Below are positions 34,558-34,564 of a DNA stretch of 34,564 bases, one piece after another. The notes beneath the pieces were generated by a model. The model was not told the DNA's origin. It made no database searches and saw only the letters and a list, made by a program, of their open reading frames with translations. Positions within the stretch are counted from its first letter, which is position 1; the number at the start of each line of letters is the position of its first letter. Position numbers and translations under genes: made by a program. Source of the stretch: Octopus bimaculoides (Eukaryota); contig NC_068982.1 in NCBI RefSeq assembly GCF_001194135.2, positions 69,506,425 through 69,540,988 on the forward strand, written 5' to 3'.

Positions 34558-34564
34558 TACATTC

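Noticed and set aside
32083-34564. Upstream GALT exon containing NDFPAL
   Set aside because: No such motif on the minus strand; it must lie beyond the right edge.

Overview
This is a repeat-dense, AT-rich animal genomic window. The SINE families, RTE LINEs and microsatellite style look like an octopod cephalopod (Octopus sp.); that is my recognition, not a database result. The only host gene I can support is GALT (galactose-1-phosphate uridylyltransferase) on the minus strand. Six coding exons were found by hand-translation: join(complement 31904-32082, 28977-29033, 21982-22104, 16649-16781, 5569-5652, 560-714), 731 nt in total. All have AG/GT splice sites and matching phases, and the catalytic HPH motif is intact. 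The first and last exons lie outside the window. The introns (2.9-11 kb) hold a wide range of mobile DNA: RTE and CR1/L2-group LINE remnants, several SINE families, a Gypsy gag-protease fragment, a solo LTR, DD37D and DD41D mariner-group transposons, a full-length Chapaev3-type element, hAT and piggyBac-like MITEs, a Helentron-type HINE and unclassified fold-back elements. Most ORFs in the supplied track are transposon debris or microsatellite artefacts. Two ~320-bp duplications flanking 10-N gaps are probably assembly artefacts. Best leads: (1) this GALT lacks two of the four structural-metal ligands of human GALT, and one of them (Lys AAA) is a single A-to-I edit away from Glu; (2) a fold-back element carries a perfect (CCCTAA)3-(TTAGGG)3 hairpin; (3) a young inverted SINE pair and long hairpins surround the catalytic exons. 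I did not find a clearly new multi-gene system.
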